Shown here in pieces: positions 23,328 to 25,958 of a DNA stretch of 25,958 nucleotides. Origin of the DNA: a virus (Duplodnaviria > Caudoviricetes); the IMG/VR virus record IMGVR_UViG_3300025844_000504, positions 1 to 25,958 of that record; one strand, 5' to 3'. The notes under the pieces are model-generated. The model ran no database searches. It was given only the letters and a program-made list of their open reading frames with translations, and was not told the DNA's origin. Both the position numbers and the translations under genes were made by a program. Position 1 is the first letter of the stretch; every line of letters begins with the position of its first letter.

Positions 23328-23648
23328 ATGAAAGCACAAATAACCGTTCTTTTTCGTAATGCAAAATATCCCTTTTATCGCACCAATCGCGGCATATTCG
23401 ACACATCAGCAGCTGGATACACGCCTGATATGATGGCACAAGGCCGGCAGGATGCTATGATGGCATTTATCTACTTTCAGCTGAAAGACTGCGCCAAACG
23501 GGCAAGTATGCCTTTTGATGCCAGTTTTGATCAGTTTGTAGATGAAACAGACGAAACGATATTTGAAGTGTTTGGCCGCCTGGAAGCTGCAAAGAAGCAA
23601 GCTGAAGCCGAAATACCCATATACGTGGGGGAAGCAAAGGAAGGCTAA
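23328..23648 (+). CDS. Tail assembly chaperone (gpG-like)
   Basis: First of two small ORFs before the TMP; slippery GGGGGAA near its 3' end. Confidence 0.8.
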   Translation: MKAQITVLFRNAKYPFYRTNRGIFDTSAAGYTPDMMAQGRQDAMMAFIYFQLKDCAKRASMPFDASFDQFVDETDETIFEVFGRLEAAKKQAEAEIPIYVGEAKEG

Positions 23649-23980
23649 TCAGCTTTGATGAGCAGTTGAGCATAGCTGTAGGGGAGATGGGCATGAGCGT
23701 TGAGTCGTTTCTTATGCTCACCCCCGATCAGTTTGCAGATGCTTACGAAGTCTTCCGCAACCGGATCAAAGCTGAAGCAGAGCACAGCGAGCAGCTGGCC
23801 TGGAATGTGGCACGATGGCAAGTTTGGCGAACCATGTGCCCGCCACAAGGGAAGAAACAGCTGAGCGTGATGGACCTGCTACCACTGCCCGGCGATGAAG
23901 TGATAAAGCAGGAAAAAGCAAAAAAAATAATACCCAGCACAGAAGACCGTTTCAGAAAGCTGGCCGAAAAGTGGAAATAA
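23627..23980 (+). CDS. Tail assembly chaperone -1 frameshift extension (gpT-like)
   Basis: The -1 frame is open from 23627 (GGSKGRLISFDEQLSIAVGEMGMSVESFLMLTPDQF...) to TAA 23980. Confidence 0.75.
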   Translation, partial: GGSKGRLISFDEQLSIAVGEMGMSVESFLMLTPDQFADAYEVFRNRIKAEAEHSEQLAWNVARWQVWRTMCPPQGKKQLSVMDLLPLPGDEVIKQEKAKKIIPSTEDRFRKLAEKWK

Positions 23981-23981
23981 A

Positions 23982-25958
23982 ATGGCTGACAAAAAGTACA
24001 CATACATCCTTGATTTTAAAGGCAAAACCGACCAGATGAGCAAACAGGTGGGTGGCCTTAAAGGCATGCTAAAAGGCGCAGCCATAGCGGCAGGCGCTTT
24101 GTTTGCTGCTGACAAGATTATGGACGCAGCCAGGGCAGTTGGGGAGTATGCAAAAAAGATGAGCACTGCCAGGGGCGAAGTTGAAAAGCTTATGGGTTTG
24201 CAGGGTGCTGCTTTAAATGCTGTTACTGGACAAGCCACAGCCTTATCAGATGTGTATGGAGTTGATATGAAAGATAGTATCAGCGGCATCAATCAGCTGA
24301 TGGTAACTTTTGGCGAAAACTCAAAAGCGGCTTTCAATATAATGAATGCAGGGCTTGCCAGTGCTGCAAATGCAAATGGTGACTTTCTGAAGCAATTAGA
24401 AGAATATAGCATCCATTTTAAGGAGGCAGGATTGCAAGCATCTGAAATGGTTGCAATAATTGCTGAAAGCAACAAAATGGGTGTGTTTGATGATAAAGCC
24501 GCTGATACGATAAAGGAAGGTAGTATTAGGCTTCGTGAAATGACAAAAGCCACCCGTGAAGCTATTGACGGCATTGGCTTAAGCTCAACAGCGATTGAGC
24601 AAGGCATTAAAACCGGCACAATAACCATGTTTGAGGCGATGCAACAAGTTAGTGCAAAGCTTCAGAACCTTCCACCCGAATCGGCAGCAGTAGGAACAGC
24701 CTTGGCAGATATATTTGGCGGTCCCGGAGAGGATGCGCTTCAATTTGTGTTTGCACTGGATGATGTAAATACTGATATGAGGCAGGTTATCCTTAATGCT
24801 GGTGGAGCTGCTGCGGCTAATATGAAATATGCTGAGAGCATGGCAAAGTTTAATGAAATTGGGGCACAGGTATTTGGTGGTTGGAATACTGTAATTACAA
24901 ACATCAAAACAGCATTTATGGACTTTGCTGTTGATGCGATACAGTACAGTGTCGATATAATCAATAAGTTTATAAGGCTTTACAACGAAAGTGAAGATGT
25001 AAGAAAAGCTGTTGGAAGAATTGGAGTAATGTTTGACACCATCAAAATAGCTGCATTTGCATTTTTCAAAACCGTAATTGATAATTTCAAAACACTTGGT
25101 AAAATAGTAGTTGCCATTATAAATGGTGATTTTAGCAACATACCAGGTATGTTTGAAAAAATGTTTACTGATTCAGTTGATACTTTAAAAGAAGGAACAG
25201 CAGATGCAGTAAACAATCTTAAAAATAATTGGAATAAAGAAGTTGCAAAAACTTATCTTGATCCAATAAAGCTCGACATGGGTGCTGTGGCCGAAGCTGG
25301 TGAAGCAGCAGGCCGAATATATGCAAAAGGTATGCAAGACGGCATGGCCGCCCGCAAAGGCAATGTACCACTCCCAAGCATGACAAGCATTGCACCCACC
25401 ACGGTAGATCAGGGAGCATTTGCAAGCAATATAGTAACTGAATATGACACCGTAAAAAATGAAAATGAATCACTTGCAGGAAGTTTTGCAGAGCTTAGCC
25501 AATCGGCTGCTGGAAGCTTTAACGTTATTGCACAAGCAATTGGCGGAGCATCAAGCGGATGGATGGGTTTTGTGGGAACCCTATTTGATCAGATACCACA
25601 ACTCATTACACAAATTGCGGCACTCACAGGCGCACAACAGGCAAGCAGCATGGCAGTTGTGGGCGCAAAGCAAAGCGAGGCGATGGCAGGTGCGGCAGCC
25701 GGAGCGTCGAAGTTGCCTTTTCCGGCTAACCTAATTGCAATGCTGGGTGCTGTGGCGGCAGTGGTGAGCATTTTTAGCAGCATACCCAAGTTTGCAACAG
25801 GCGGCATTGTGCCAGGTGGCAGCTTTACAGGCGACAAAATGCTGATACGTGCCAATAGCGGTGAGGAAGTGCTAAGGCGCGACGATCCCCGTCACAGCTT
25901 CAACCAGCGTGCATCCTATGCTGGCGGATCTGTTAATGTACAGCTCGAACAAAGCGGC
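23982..25958 (+). CDS. Tape measure protein (partial, at least 659 aa; not in the ORF track because no stop is in the window)
   Basis: ATG 23982. Ala/Gly-rich helical protein with FDDKAADTIKEGSIRLREM, ALADIFGGPGED and C-terminal PKFATGGIVPG...ANSGEEVL. The start and end segments are in the same frame. Confidence 0.92.
   Translation, partial: MADKKYTYILDFKGKTDQMSKQVGGLKGMLKGAAIAAGALFAADKIMDAARAVGEYAKKMSTARGEVEKLMGLQGAALNAVTGQATALSDVYGVDMKDSISGINQLMVTFGENSKAAFNIMNAGLASAANANGDFLKQLEEYSIHFKEAGLQASEMVAIIAESNKMGVFDDKAADTIKEGSIRLREMTKATREAIDGIGLSSTAIEQGIKTGTITMFEAMQQVSAKLQNLPPESAAVGTALADIFGGPGEDALQFVFALDDVNTDMRQVILNAGGAAAANMKYAESMAKFNEIGAQVFGGWNTVITNIKTAFMDFAVDAIQYSVDIINKFIRLYNESEDVRKAVGRIGVMFDTIKIAAFAFFKTVIDNFKTLGKIVVAIINGDFSNIPGMFEKMFTDSVDTLKEGTADAVNNLKNNWNKEVAKTYLDPIKLDMGAVAEAGEAAGRIYAKGMQDGMAARKGNVPLPSMTSIAPTTVDQGAFASNIVTEYDTVKNENESLAGSFAELSQSAAGSFNVIAQAIGGASSGWMGFVGTLFDQIPQLITQIAALTGAQQASSMAVVGAKQSEAMAGAAAGASKLPFPANLIAMLGAVAAVVSIFSSIPKFATGGIVPGGSFTGDKMLIRANSGEEVLRRDDPRHSFNQRASYAGGSVNVQLEQSG

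Larger units (their letters stand above)
822..25958. mobile_element. Mu-like transposable prophage (left part; siphovirus-type tail; Bacteroidetes-type signals)
   Basis: Repressor/Cro, DDE transposase, MuB-like ATPase, GemA-like, DUF3164, Mu gp36/gp29/gpF/gpG-like genes, terminase, capsid, tail tube and TMP. No sheath gene in the window. TAnnTTTG promoters. Left boundary is approximate (822-832); the right end is outside the window. Confidence 0.93.

Noticed and set aside
2057-25855. Many antisense or alternate-frame ORFs (e.g. 2057-2593, 4310-4975, 14238-14816, 14994-15614, 16718-17371, 19540-20076, 23879-25855, 25459-25734)
   Set aside because: All overlap well-supported phage genes and carry no recognisable motifs; treated as shadow ORFs.
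822-25958. Diversity-generating retroelement, invertible tail-fibre segment, mom-like modification gene or tRNA
   Set aside because: I saw no reverse transcriptase, TR/VR pair, invertase, modification enzyme or tRNA fold. Such modules could lie beyond the tape measure gene, outside the window.

Overview
The window starts with a host (probably Bacteroidetes) secreted LamG-domain gene that stops abruptly at 831, at the start of an Ig-like segment. From about 822-832 to the end of the window lies the left ~25 kb of a Mu-like (transposable) prophage with a siphovirus-type tail. The order is: non-coding left end; repressor/Cro-like switch with a palindromic operator array; DDE transposase; MuB-like ATPase plus a second ATPase; small early genes (DUF3164, GemA-like, ASCH, a SEC-C mini-protein); a lipoprotein moron; an antirepressor cassette; an inverted packaging/head-completion operon; then protease/scaffold, capsid, lysis genes, tail tube, tail chaperones and a tape measure gene that runs off the window. 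The most interesting signals are: (1) a portal-MuF in-frame fusion joined by an A11 slippery run with stops a few codons away in both shifted frames; (2) a C4/CI-like antisense RNA architecture ahead of the antirepressor; (3) a lone attC-like hairpin inside a small ORF; (4) a readable operator and overlapping-promoter switch. All product calls come from motif recognition and synteny; no database searches were run.
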